DNA of 63,748 nt, the filler included, from Choristocarpus tenellus KU-1152 (taxonomy: Eukaryota > Protista > Phaeophyceae): NCBI GenBank assembly GCA_964200185.2. It is 13 parts of 13 records of this genome, joined end to end, with 100 filler letters (N's around TTAATTAATTAA, not from the genome) between each part and the next. Parts side by side here need not be neighbours in the genome. Positions count along the whole stretch, not along the records: positions 48,556 to 53,390 come from CAXNAD020012879.1; positions 53,491 to 56,902 come from CAXNAD020020221.1; positions 57,003 to 61,144 come from CAXNAD020016010.1; positions 61,245 to 63,748 come from CAXNAD020027253.1; 9 more parts are not named here. One strand, written 5' to 3'. This document shows positions 52,639-63,748 of this stretch, in pieces. The notes under the pieces were generated by a model. The model was not told where the DNA came from. It ran no database searches and was given only the letters and a program-made list of their open reading frames with translations. The position numbers and the translations under genes are program-made. How positions within the stretch are numbered: the stretch's first letter is position 1; each line of letters starts with the position of its first letter.

Positions 52639-53151
52639 GCATCGAATCTAAAAATGTCAGTATCACAACCATTGACAGGTGGTGTGTACACTGTTGGAAT
52701 CGCAAATAAATGCAGGGTGTCGAATCTAAAATTGCTGGTATCACCACCATTGATAAGCGTTGTGTGTACGGTTGGACACGCAAATAATTACATGGCATTC
52801 AATCTAAAAATGCTGGTATCACCACCATTGACAGGTATGTCTGTACATGGTTGGAAGCGCAAATAATTACATGGCATCGAATCTAAAAATGCTGGTATCA
52901 CCACCATTAACAGGTACGTGTGTACACGGTTGGGGAAGCGCAAATAATTACAGGGCATATCGAATCTAAAAATGCTGGTATCACGACCATTGACGGGTAT
53001 GTGTGTACACGGTTGGGGAAGCGCAAACAATTACAGGGCATCGAACCTATAAAATGCTGGTATCACCACCATTGACAGGTGATGTGTGTACGGTTGGACA
53101 CGCAAATAATTACAGGGCATCGAATCTAAAAATGCTGCTGTCACCACCATT
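52639..53151. repeat. About 78-83-bp tandem array (~6.5 units)
   Basis: Unit GCATCGAATCTAAAAATGCTGGTATCACCACCATTGACAGGT...GTGTACACGGTTGG...CGCAAATAATTACAGG. Confidence 0.95.
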
Positions 53152-53390
53152 GAGCCAAAGTATCTTAGAGGGTAGAGCCGCGTCCATTTGGGGGCCAATA
53201 TCCAATGTTGCGATTTTGACGCATTTTCGACTATTGTATTTGTTAGGAAGTGTCAATATCCATGTTCCGGACACACCTTTTCGTAAGATATACACTTTAC
53301 CTACTCCTAAACATTTTGGAGTAGGAAAATGCTGTAAAAGAACCCATGGGAAGCCAAGCCCCAAATGGTCAAACAGGGCAAAACCCATAC
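53152..53390. mobile_element. MITE family A copy inserted into the tandem array
   Basis: GAGCCAAAGTATCTTAGAGGGTAGAGCCGCGTCC starts right after ...CACCATT of the last unit. Cut by the contig end. Confidence 0.9.
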
Positions 53391-53565
53391 NNNNNNNNNN
53401 NNNNNNNNNNNNNNNNNNNNNNNNNNNNNNNNNNTTAATTAATTAANNNNNNNNNNNNNNNNNNNNNNNNNNNNNNNNNNNNNNNNNNNNGGGGGGGATT
53501 GCTATTTGAGCATAAACACCTTTGCTGCCTTGACGTGAGAGGGGATAGCCAATGCCAAACCCCTC

Positions 53566-53613
53566 AACCCTAACCCTAACCAACCCTAACCCTAACCCTA
53601 ACCCTAACCCTAA
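53566..53613 (-). repeat. Interstitial telomeric repeat (CCCTAA)n
   Basis: About seven units. Shorter tracts at 44649-44670 and 54838-54855. Confidence 0.85.
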
Positions 53614-54676
53614 GGGCAAACAAAAGTCTGGTCCCGAGATTTGGATATTAAAGAGTGTGATTAACAACACGGAAATTTCGACAAAGGTGTCTCTCCTATT
53701 ACCTATATTCCAATTGCGATCCATACGCTCTCTCTCTCTCTCTCTCACCATCACACACAAAATCTGTATTACATTGCAACTGCGTGTAGGAGCATCTATC
53801 TAGAGCTACATGCACAATACCTTCGAAATTTTTCGAAGCGCGCCCCGCAAAGACCTAACATATAGAGCCGGTTTCATCTCTATTTGCAGTTTATACATCG
53901 CAGAAAAAAGAAAAAAAAACACACGCACACAAACACACACGCGTGCGCACGCCAGATAGCGCTTGACAAAAACCTGTTGAAAGATTGGCCTCTTTTTCTC
54001 GAGGAAAAAGAAATAAATATATAAATATATATATATATACAGTTCAAACGGCAAGAAGCACGCCCCCCGTGCACGATCAAGAGGTGTACGTCGTGTGTGT
54101 GATAAGATCAAAAAACACGTCTCGAGCAGTGGTGTGGAGACGCAGGAGTTGCCACTTGCCATGTCCTTGCCAAATCCGAAGGCGGGCGATGCGAACACAC
54201 CACTGATGCGTTCGCGTTGAATATATGGAAAATATGGCAAGCTGGACGCACTCAACTACCTCCTGCGGTGACATACACGGTCCTTGGCAATCACTGACAG
54301 AGAATTTCTATCCTCCCACTCTCCCCCGAAGCTAGCAACGGATCCCAGCACTAAATGAAGGCCCCGCCCCATCAGCTGTCGTGGTGTGAAACGCACTTTG
54401 CCGTACGCCTCGATATCGTTGGCGAGAACAACAAAAAGTCTGAAAAATCTACAAAAAAAACTAGAACTTTGCCCCCACGGGTCGTCGCAGCATTGGCCAC
54501 AGGGACAAAAAAGACTCTCCTCTCGCCGCTCATCATTTCCTGGGCTTGATTTTCCATCCCTTTTGTCCTTGGACCAGCGCTATATTAGAAGAAGAGTGTC
54601 ATTTGCAGCAGTAAAGCTTATCCTGCTGCGCCTCAGGAGAGCATTCACCTGAGGAACAGCAAGACCTACGGCTCAC

Positions 54677-56436
54677 CGGTTGGTATTTGGACCCTTTGGT
54701 AGCTCGTGGAAGCATCCCTAGCCCCGCTGTGATCGTTGTCAAGACCCCCAGACTAAGCTGGAACGGAATCTAATGGGAATGTGTTGTTGGTGGATGCATA
54801 TGTAGGAGGTATTTTAGAGAGGAAATGGACATGCGGAGTTAGGGTTAGGGTTAGGAATGCTTTCTAATGATGGCTTGTCCAGAGGTACACTAAAGCACAG
54901 AGAACGCTTCTATAGAAGCAAAAGGTTAAAGAACAAAGGCTGTGTAGTTATTTGCTGCAGCCTTCCACACAAACACAACCACAGTTGCTATTGTTGCACC
55001 AAAGCTTGTGTAACTGATTTTTTGCTTACCTTTGCCCCCCCACCGTAGACCTCGAAGAGATAGTTAATGATGTCATCGCTCTCATACATTGACTTCTTTG
55101 TGTTAGGGTCAACAAGGTATGGGAACTGCTTTTTCCCCCCCAGCTTATTGGCCTTGGGGCGGAATGTTGGGCCATCTTCATTTGTAGTCCAGGTTTCCAG
55201 CACCAGGGGCAGGCAAGTAGGGGCATGTGAAATTGGTGGAGGTGTTTCATGGGGCTACTATTACTTCTACCAAGACATAATATAAACTGCCATGGGAGCA
55301 ATTGGTTCCTAGATTGATGGAAATCAATAAGTTTGGCATGCACAGATTTCTTGTCAGAGCACAAAAAAAGGTGAAGGCATGCCAACAAAAGGACAGCCCT
55401 TGGTTGGGGTGGCTAGGGGGTGGGCACATAACAAGTCATATGTCTAGGAGGATGTGATGTGCGCCAGAATGAAGAGTGAACAGCTCCAAGCTCCCAACAA
55501 ACTTGCTACCCCTCACTGCCTGATTAGGTCGAGCACAAATCGCCAGCAAGGATGAGCATGCCAGGGGTTAGAATTTCGAATTTCAAGGTAGATCTTTGCT
55601 CCAGGCAGAGACGACGTGAAAGCACATTCACGAGGACTACATGTTCTCACCCCGTGGACATGGATAGAAGACAACGTCCAGGTCGAGCAAGTTGACAGCC
55701 TCTCTAACCTTCCTACAGAAAGGACAACCCTCGAACTCGTATATCTCCAGGGGGAGACGTGGTTGCTTACGCTCCCACGTGTTGCCACTCTCAACCACCT
55801 AGGATTTTGGTTTGAACACACTTTGTGACGTGTAGCGGACAGGTATTGATCCTCATGCACAGAAATTGTACGAAACGCCCTGTACTAAGAGATAGGAACA
55901 CGGCAAGATCAAATATCCGGTTGCGGGGGGCGATATGGAAAAATAGGCCAAAAAAATAGGAAGCCAAGGACAAGCCACATACGGTGAATAAAAAAAGCGT
56001 GGTATCACCTTGAAGCCCAATGCACGAATCACAGCGTATTGCCCTTCATCACCTTCCACCTCACGCTCGACCTTGACTGTACGTGGGGGAGGGATAACTC
56101 GCATTAGTCCTAAAGCAGGCACAACACAGCTCCACACACATTGACCATACGAGGGAAGATATGGTTGGAGACACACATCATCCCTAGTTCGAAACGCGAG
56201 GCACCTTTGTAGCCATCCACTAAGGCCCCACTCCCAAGTCGGATCAAGAGCTGTGGCGCTGAGCCAATCACGTCCAAAATCCGGTCAGGCCGAACAAAAT
56301 AGCGCTTTGCATTGGATGGCAGCTGCGTCGACATTGTTACTCCTAGGTACGGTCGTGTCGCGACGGTGAATGCATTGATGCAATGCAAAGACGCCAGGCA
56401 TAACGCCAGTATTGCAGATAATAGTTTTGGAGTCAT
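54677..56436 (-). CDS. Plastid-targeted GST-N/thioredoxin-fold protein (GST2N-like), 5' part, five exons
   Basis: Signal peptide ending INA|F. Motifs LEIYEFEGCPFCRKVREAV, GGKKQFPYLVDPNT..MYESDDIINYLFEVYG and IPFQLSLGVLTTITAGLGML. The 3' exons were not found on this contig. Confidence 0.9.
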
Positions 56437-58397
56437 GCAGAACATGGGTTCTTCGATACAGCGGTGATGGTTTCACGATCGTTGAGGGCATTAGGTCTTC
56501 AGCACAACAATAGTAAGCGGAGTCAGACCAGGGTCTCGTATAGACTTGTTAAGGCTGGCAAGTGCGTTACACATGATCGGTCTTTTCTTTTTATATGACA
56601 GCTAATATTGCTCCTACACACGGAAAAGACATTATATTAACCACATCAACATTATCATTTGGTTCGCGTTAGATCCTCCTTTCTTTTGTGACAACCATTA
56701 ACTATTCCTCGGGATCTCCCTTACTTAAATATCAGGTGAACAATGAAGTGATTCGTGTATCGAATATCAAACCTTGTGGGCCGACATTTCTTGTTTTCTG
56801 CACTCAACCTGACCGTTCTACAACTCGCTCTAGAAGATCATCCAGTAAGCAACGACCCTATAACAGTGGATTCTCAAAATTGAGGATGGAGCGGGACTAT
56901 GANNNNNNNNNNNNNNNNNNNNNNNNNNNNNNNNNNNNNNNNNNNNTTAATTAATTAANNNNNNNNNNNNNNNNNNNNNNNNNNNNNNNNNNNNNNNNNN
57001 NNCCCCCCCCCCCACCCCCCCCCCCCCCCCCCCCCCCCGCTTCTCTTGTGTTTTGTGCCCCCCCCCCCCCCCCCCCCCTTGCCCCTCCCCTCTTTTAGAG
57101 CTTGCTAAGATCTACTGTTGCATCTAGTAATAAGATATAGGTAGCCATTATTCCGATGGAATTGGTCCCACGTTTGTCGCATTATTGTCAAAAAAATATT
57201 CAACTCTTTCCCCTATCGCATCCTCGATTCCATTTCCTTTTTTTGTTCCTCAATCATGTTATTGTTTGTGAAGTAACAAATGTGGATAACAGATTCTGAT
57301 CAATGTGAATCACACATAGTTCGTTTCTATAGTGCGCCTGCCAAGACGCAACCGTTGCACGAGATCTAACCTTTGAAGCGGATGGGAACAGTATTTTTTT
57401 CTTTAAAAAAAACAATGTGTACAACACGAGTAGAAAGACGTGAAACCGACATTTTTGCTGTCACTGAGATCAATGCACCTCAACCTCCATCCGCCTTACA
57501 TATGTTACTTATTTTATTCAGGGTATATTTCGAAGCGGAAGCATTAAAAAGAAAAAAAAAAGTAGGTAAAATCTTGCTTGCTCACGATGCAGGTTAGACA
57601 AAGTAGGTGAGGATACTTCTCCCTTCGCCCGGGTGGGGCCTCGTGAGGATGAGTTCGTCGCTGAATCGAATTTTGTTGTGTTACTTTATTTGTGGTACTC
57701 CTTTTGTTCTATTGTTGCCCAGCTCATGCGAAAATATAATTTGGGAGTGATAAACACAGGGATATTGGTTAATCAGAGTGATTCGTTGATTCGGGGGGGT
57801 GGGCCAGCTTGCTCCATACATCAAACCTGGAAATATCAGAAGCGTTTAATCCCTGCCGATCCATTTGTGTGCTAGAACAGTCCTGGGCTTATCAACCAAT
57901 ATCTGTGATTACACATTGGATCCCCCGAAAGCCAAGCAACTGTGACTTCCCCCCCACGTCACTGGTCCAGCTGGTAGAGAACATCTTATCAAAGGCCTCT
58001 TTAGTGAATGAAGTCAGTATCAGCCTGTGACGCCAAGTCCATTCCTGATCCTCTTTCTTGCAGTTGAGTATGTCGGGCCCAGGTCCTGCATCCATTTCAG
58101 GTACCTGATAATCTTTTCAAGTGAGTGGACTGCCATGTGGAAGGCGTAGGTGACAGGCCACGACTCTGTATTATCTACATTGCCAATAGTTGTACTAACG
58201 TGTTATTTCAAGTTGGAAAAACTGGGATGCCCTAGAAGAAAGAGCAGCATTTTCATCGTGTGCTGCATTGAGCCAATAATCTTGTTTGTGTGTGTGTGTT
58301 ATTTTTTCTCTGTGGCTTCCCTTCAAAACTTCTTATATTGTTATTAGGATTATAGTAATAGTGATAATGTATTCATCATCCTTGGGCTCCCAACCAG

Positions 58398-60256
58398 GTT
58401 TGGACTGCAGGGGAAGGTGTTCTGGAGGGCACAGTGCGGGGCCTTGTCCTTTGTGTCTGTGAGGAGAATGGAATACCTGTTCAGCTCTCACCCCCCAACC
58501 TCAAGGATGTGCACCTATGGGAGGTAATTGCGCTCGGGGGAGAGAGGGGTGTGAGGCAGGGGGGAAGTTTTTTTTTTTGTCTACATATCGTGCACATGGG
58601 CATGTACTGTACTGCATGTTTGATGTATACTATTATGTTTGGTCTACCATATGCTTGCAAAAGGGTATTAAGATGCAAGTGCAAAATGTGTTGTTTTGGT
58701 GATGCTACTACTACTGCACAGGGAAATAGTGCAATTTTTTTTCTTTCTTCTGGTAACTCTCTTTCCTATTTCGTCTTATTATTATTATTGATTTTTCTTA
58801 AAAGGTGAAATGCCCACCTATTGTATCATACATGCAGCGATCCCGGTCTAGCAATGAAGTAGTACAATTTTCAGGTTGCTGGATGTGACGACCTTTATGT
58901 CCATGGAATAGCTCCTTTTTTTGTTATCAGGAACAAGATTGATAAATTTAATAAGAAACATTTTGTTAAATGTTTTTGTGTGTAGCACGGGAACTTAACT
59001 GCAGTATCGTCTCGTATGTAAGCATGTACTTGGTGTATACGACTTTGCCGTATAGTTCCCATGCTTGGGGCTTTCTAGTAATACGCATATGCATTAGGCC
59101 CTGGAGGGGGGGGTTCACGGAGGAAGGAAATCGAGGAATCGAAGGGAAAACTGATGAAGAAATGGAACGGCAATGGAATGGAGGCACCTGATTGGTCAAA
59201 TTTTTATCCCCGCTTTGCACTTCAAGAACGATATCTAGTTCTTTCTAGGTTACGTAAGAGAGATGGTATGCAGGTATATTCCAGGACTTTGGCACTCTTC
59301 TCAATCTGCAGAGTAATTGGCCGTTTACTTTTGTGAAGGGATTTATTTTCTGCGATATTGATACTTTCAGCAGTCTTTTCCAGTCTGTAATGCCCTTCTC
59401 TTCCTTCTTACTAACTTAAATCGCACATAGATGTGATGAGTACTTCTCCAATTATCACCACAGTAAATATTGTGCTTGGAAGTGTACCTACAATCAGTTA
59501 CATTTTATACGTAAAAGTAGTAGTGGAGTAGTGTTGCAGCACTTTCACTATGTTGATCTTTTCTTGCCACAAAGTTGATCCATATTGTGTAGCCACTCGA
59601 TATTTGCAATCAGGTTGCTACCCAGGGAGCATCAACCACTTTTTTCACATAACCACTGCCAAGTCATCAAGTCATCTACATAGTACATAGCATTCCCCTA
59701 CTGTATTGCGCATCTACCCTCTCTCCTGCCTGCTTCCTAGACTTCATTACCCCACTTGCCCCATTCAAAAGTACTTGCATAATTACACCTCAACCCTTAC
59801 CCTGTTTGCTTGACCCTTTCAATGGTCAAGGGAGCGCTGCTCACAAGCACATCTCGACTAGCCCTTCCTGTGGATGAAGTTGTGATACCTAGGCTAGCGG
59901 CGAATGAAGACCTGCTGGGCACCCCTCTCCACTCGGTGACATCAGCATCACCAACGCCAGATTCAGGTCACTCTGTGAATGATGGGTCCGACAGGGAAGG
60001 GGGTGGGGTAAATGATATGTATAATAAGGTGTTGGTCCGGGGTCAGAGGGACATTGTTGGGGGTGACAGTCATTCTCAAGGTAGGATTAGTATTGTTGAT
60101 GGAACGTCGTGGACAAATGGATCTGCTGTGCCACACCTGCGGATTAAACTACCTGGATCTCGGGAAGGGCTGGCAGGTCGCGTGGCAGCTCTTGTTGGGT
60201 TGGCGGTAGAAGCTTGTAGCACAGAGGTCATGTCGCCCTTGATGAGTGGTGCTTAG
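58398..60256 (+). CDS. Class IV (fold-type IV PLP) aminotransferase-like protein, 3' part; exons 58398-58523, 59831-60256
   Basis: VWTAGEGVLEGTVRGLVLCVCEENGIPV (the L.G..R phosphate-binding motif) spliced to WE|GALLTSTSRLALPVDEV. Confidence 0.8.
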
Positions 60257-61335
60257 TTTGAGGCAAACCAAATGAGAGAGGTAGGCAGGTTTGGACCCTT
60301 TTGCATTCCGAGTCATCTTTCCTACCTTGTGCAATACACTCTATTTCGTTATTTTATAAGCATCATAGTGTACGAAAAATCGATGGTGACCCTTTTCATT
60401 CAGAAATCGACACCTCAAATCGGCAAAGGATCTTTTTTGTATCTGTACCAAATGACATCTATTTGCTCTTTCTTGATATCCTTAATATGCAACTCTGCCT
60501 ACATCTCAGTTAGTTCAACTCTACGTAGTTATGATGTTGACCTAATCATGAATCCCCTTTCTTTACTAATTGTAGCACCTCTTTTCAGCAATAGATCATT
60601 GCATCACACCATCGTTCTTGCCATGACTGTCTCTTGCAACTCGTACCTAACTCTATGTACCAAGACCTGTACAACTTCAGAAGAGTGTTGATTTAAGTAC
60701 TTCATTCTGTTTTTTTGGGACATTCTGACTGACTTCTTGAAGGAAAGTCGACGGCTATTGGGCGTACATACATGCATTATACCGCAAATATTTTTCATTA
60801 TTCTGACGTACTGTCCCACTCATCACGACTGCACCATGTTGGCAATCAATATGCAGCCTATTTATCTGAAAATGAAAAATATACACTGCCTTCATAATAT
60901 ATTGTATGTGGTTACGTACTAATCAGTGGCAATCACATATTTGGATTGGCCATGATCATCATTCTGAACAAGAATGTAGATACGCTCAGTTAATAGCAAG
61001 TTGTGACATATCATCAGGTAGGTGTGAACCAATGCACAATTTACATTTGAAGGGATTTTCCTCTCTCTGTAAGAATTATACTTTTGTCCTGGGGTTGCGT
61101 CACAGTAAGATTACACCAGGAGAGCGACAATATGTTTTAGAAAGNNNNNNNNNNNNNNNNNNNNNNNNNNNNNNNNNNNNNNNNNNNNTTAATTAATTAA
61201 NNNNNNNNNNNNNNNNNNNNNNNNNNNNNNNNNNNNNNNNNNNNGTGGAAGCAACTGGCATGGTCTTTTCGAGCAACAGGCGGTTGTGGGCAGTGAGAAG
61301 GTGTAGGAGTGATTAGATTCAATGACGAGTGTATG

Positions 61336-61867
61336 AACTTTGTTTGAGCCTCGGGAGATCAGTGGGACAACCCCGAGGTCCATGATCCTGAAAATCCGTG
61401 CGTTACACTTTTCTGAAGTTGTAAATCAGATTATATCCGAGATTACTATTTAAAAAAAATCCAATTATATCAGTGATTCGTATTTTCTAAGTTACCAATC
61501 GCATACTTAGTTGATATTGTACATTTCCAATGTTCCGAAACCAACTTTGTTTGAGCCTTGGGCGATCGGTGGGACCACCCTGAGTTCCATGATCCTGAAA
61601 ATCCGTGCGTTACACTTTTCGGAAGTTGTAAAGCAGATTATATCCGTGATTTCTAAATTAAAAAAATCCAATTATATCAGTGATTTGTATTTTTTAAGAT
61701 ACCAATCACATACTTAATTGATATTGTACATTTCCAATGTTCCAAAACCAACTTTGTTTGAGCCTCGGGCGATCGGTGGGACAACCTTGAGTTCCATCAT
61801 CCTGAAAATCCGTGCGTTACACTTTTTGGAAGTTGTAAATCAGATTATATCCGTGATTTCTAAATTA
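61336..61867. repeat. 207-bp tandem repeat (~2.5 units)
   Basis: AACTTTGTTTGAGCC...CATGATCCTGAAAATCCGTGCGTTACACTTTT starts at 61336, 61543 and 61750. Confidence 0.95.
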
Positions 61868-62520
61868 TTATTTTTTACTTAAAGAACAACTTTACACGTG
61901 CAGTAGGATTCTTATAAATAGTAAGTCCAGTAATAACCGTTCTTAGAGTTTTAAAAAATACCAATAACGCACTTTATGGGTCTCACACGTTTCCAATTTT
62001 CAGAAACTAAAAGGACACTTCCAACTGGTACCCATAATTTATTTTAATACTAAATCCTCTTCTTGGCGTCTTTAGTATTTAAATAAGCACTAGAGACCAC
62101 AAAAAAGCGGATCTATGATAGTAAAGATCCGCGCGGATCATGGTTACCGTTGAACACCCAAAACACGTGCGTTAGGGTTTTTACAAAATTAGAATGATAT
62201 TATAATCTATACATCAAGAAATACAGATACAAACCACATTCTTCATTGATACAATACGTTTGAAACATACGAAACGAAAAGGTCACAAAAATACAGGTAC
62301 TCTCTGTCCCATTTCAATACGAAATCGTATGCTGTTTGATATTCCTATTTTTTATAACACAATTCTCATAAAAATAGTGAAATCTGAGTTTTGAGGACAT
62401 ACCAGATGAAACAAAACAGCTCCTTCCATACCTCAGTCCTCATTTCAATTCATTCCCTTCTGTAGATACCACGCAGACCTCTTATTTATCCATCCCCATC
62501 ACACTCTCCCAATCTTCGCC

Positions 62521-63484
62521 ATGTCCAGCATTCCCTCAACAACAACCCACCCGCCCGCCGATGGCGTTGCCCACGGATCGAGAACGTGGGACAGCAATCT
62601 AAAGGGCATGTCCCAGCTCCTAGGGCGTATCTACCTCGGGACGTACAAGATGAAACTCACAAACATCACATGCATGGAGATGGTGCGTCCTTTAAGCGAG
62701 TGTGGCCTTGCATGCGTGAGCAAGTCTATACAGGAGAAAGGCTGGCTGGATCAGTTTGCTCCAAGTGTTGTCATCCAGTGAGACTGTATAGGTAATGGGG
62801 ACCAGCTCAACGCCGAAACTGCGCTTGCCATTGAAGGGAGCGTACTGGATGGAAACCAAAGAATAACGGTGCTGAAGAGAGAGTTTGATCCTGAACGCGC
62901 TTTCACCATGCAGATCTACATGGAGTTCAACCAAGCAGAAGAGAGGCTAATTGCCAACGGTGGGTGATGGAGTGTTTTCGTTGTTCGATAATCGCCTGAC
63001 CATTCTGATCAACTAAGCAACAAAGTAAATTGATAACCTTCACGTTATTCCATGATTGCCTGACCATTCTGATCAACTAAGCACAGAAGTAAGTTGAGTG
63101 TTTTCGTTGTTCCATGATCGCCTTATGACTATTCTGATCTACGAAGTTGTTGCCGAGTTTCCTTTGCTTGGTTCATCGTCAGTCAGCCCATTGTGGATCT
63201 TTTCGTTGCTCATCTTTTTTAGCCCTTGTGGTCTTCCTGTCCACAGCAACGTGTTGCTTAGTGCCGCAGGCCGCGTGTGTCCTGCGACCGCTCCCCACCA
63301 AACCCTTGTCCCATTCGCCCACTGCACTGCCATGCTTATAGCATTCAACGACGCGACCGAGAGTGTGGTGGAGCGCACGTTATACGATAAGATAAATTTT
63401 CAGCACGAGCTCCAAGAAGCTATCAAGCAACAGACGAAGAAAAAAGAAGTGTCACTAGCAGAGATCCGCAGAATGTACAAAAAG
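62521..63484 (+). pseudogene. Intron-containing ParB/Sulfiredoxin-like gene (copy 2) with one in-frame TGA; exons 62521-62959, 63342-63484
   Basis: VRPLSECGLACVSKSIQEKGWLDQFAPSVVIQ*...VLDGNQRITVLK...FTMQIYMEFNQAEERLIAN|AFNDATES follows the ParB N-terminal pattern (SIxxxG, PxxV, DGxxR, A..N). The intron is GT-AG and in frame. Confidence 0.7.
62970..63140. repeat. Degenerate ~60-bp repeats in the intron of the ParB-like gene
   Basis: GAGTGTTTTCGTTGTTC...GCCTGACCATTCTGATCAACTAAGCA occurs about three times. Confidence 0.75.
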
Positions 63485-63748
63485 GTGAGAGAGTTGTCGA
63501 CATTGGTGGGATGGTTGCGCTCTACTCATCCTCTAGTTGGGTTACAGCTGTTGTGAAATCTCTCCATGTCCTGCTATTCAACCTAAGTTGAGATAGTTAT
63601 CCCGCGTTTAGATACCCTGTCAACCAACTTATTGATTTTCGGGTGACCATGTAGTATGTATGCGTGGTTAACCACACACGTGCAATAAAAAGCATCCTTG
63701 ATTGTTTTATCGATGGTGTTGCCTGAACCCCACCCCCCCCCCCCCCCC

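Noticed and set aside
52639-53151. CRISPR array
   Set aside because: The variable parts are homologous to each other rather than unique spacers. There are no cas genes and the context is eukaryotic.
54040-54300. Ankyrin-like fragment (NTPLM...GKLDALNYLL)
   Set aside because: It is short, interrupted by stops and has only a single weak motif.
6250-61244. Recurrent TTAATTAATTAA in N-runs as a biological repeat, and gene neighbourhoods spanning them
   Set aside because: These are identical artificial linkers. The contigs on either side need not be adjacent in the genome.
62779-62781. Selenocysteine recoding of the in-frame TGA
   Set aside because: The position is not a redox Cys site and no SECIS can be shown. 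A CGA-to-TGA mutation is simpler.

Overview
This is eukaryotic, intron-containing nuclear DNA. It most likely comes from a photosynthetic ochrophyte (stramenopile) alga: two genes carry signal peptide plus A|F bipartite plastid leaders, and TTAGGG repeats are present. The window is not one contiguous locus. It consists of 13 short contigs joined by 12 artificial N-TTAATTAATTAA-N linkers, so adjacency across a linker means nothing. Recognisable spliced genes are a phosphagen kinase with a mitochondrial-type leader, RsfS/Iojap (MALSU1-like), a DUF2358/SnoaL-like protein, an AhpC/TSA-2-like protein lacking CxxC, Tim22 (partial), a CBS-pair protein (partial), a plastid GST-N/thioredoxin-fold protein (partial) and a class IV aminotransferase (partial). 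The rest is repeat-rich. It contains two related MITE families (AAAGTATCT...AGATACTTT ends, 3-bp TSDs), Stowaway-like foldback elements, Gypsy-chromodomain, Copia and LTR relics, minisatellites and interstitial telomeric repeats. The most unusual observation is two decayed, intron-containing ParB/Sulfiredoxin-like genes (NGQHR and DGNQR motifs, mutually alignable downstream segment) on separate contigs. Each has a tandem-repeat array upstream, which suggests an uncharacterised ParB-bearing selfish element family. All calls were made by eye, without database searches.
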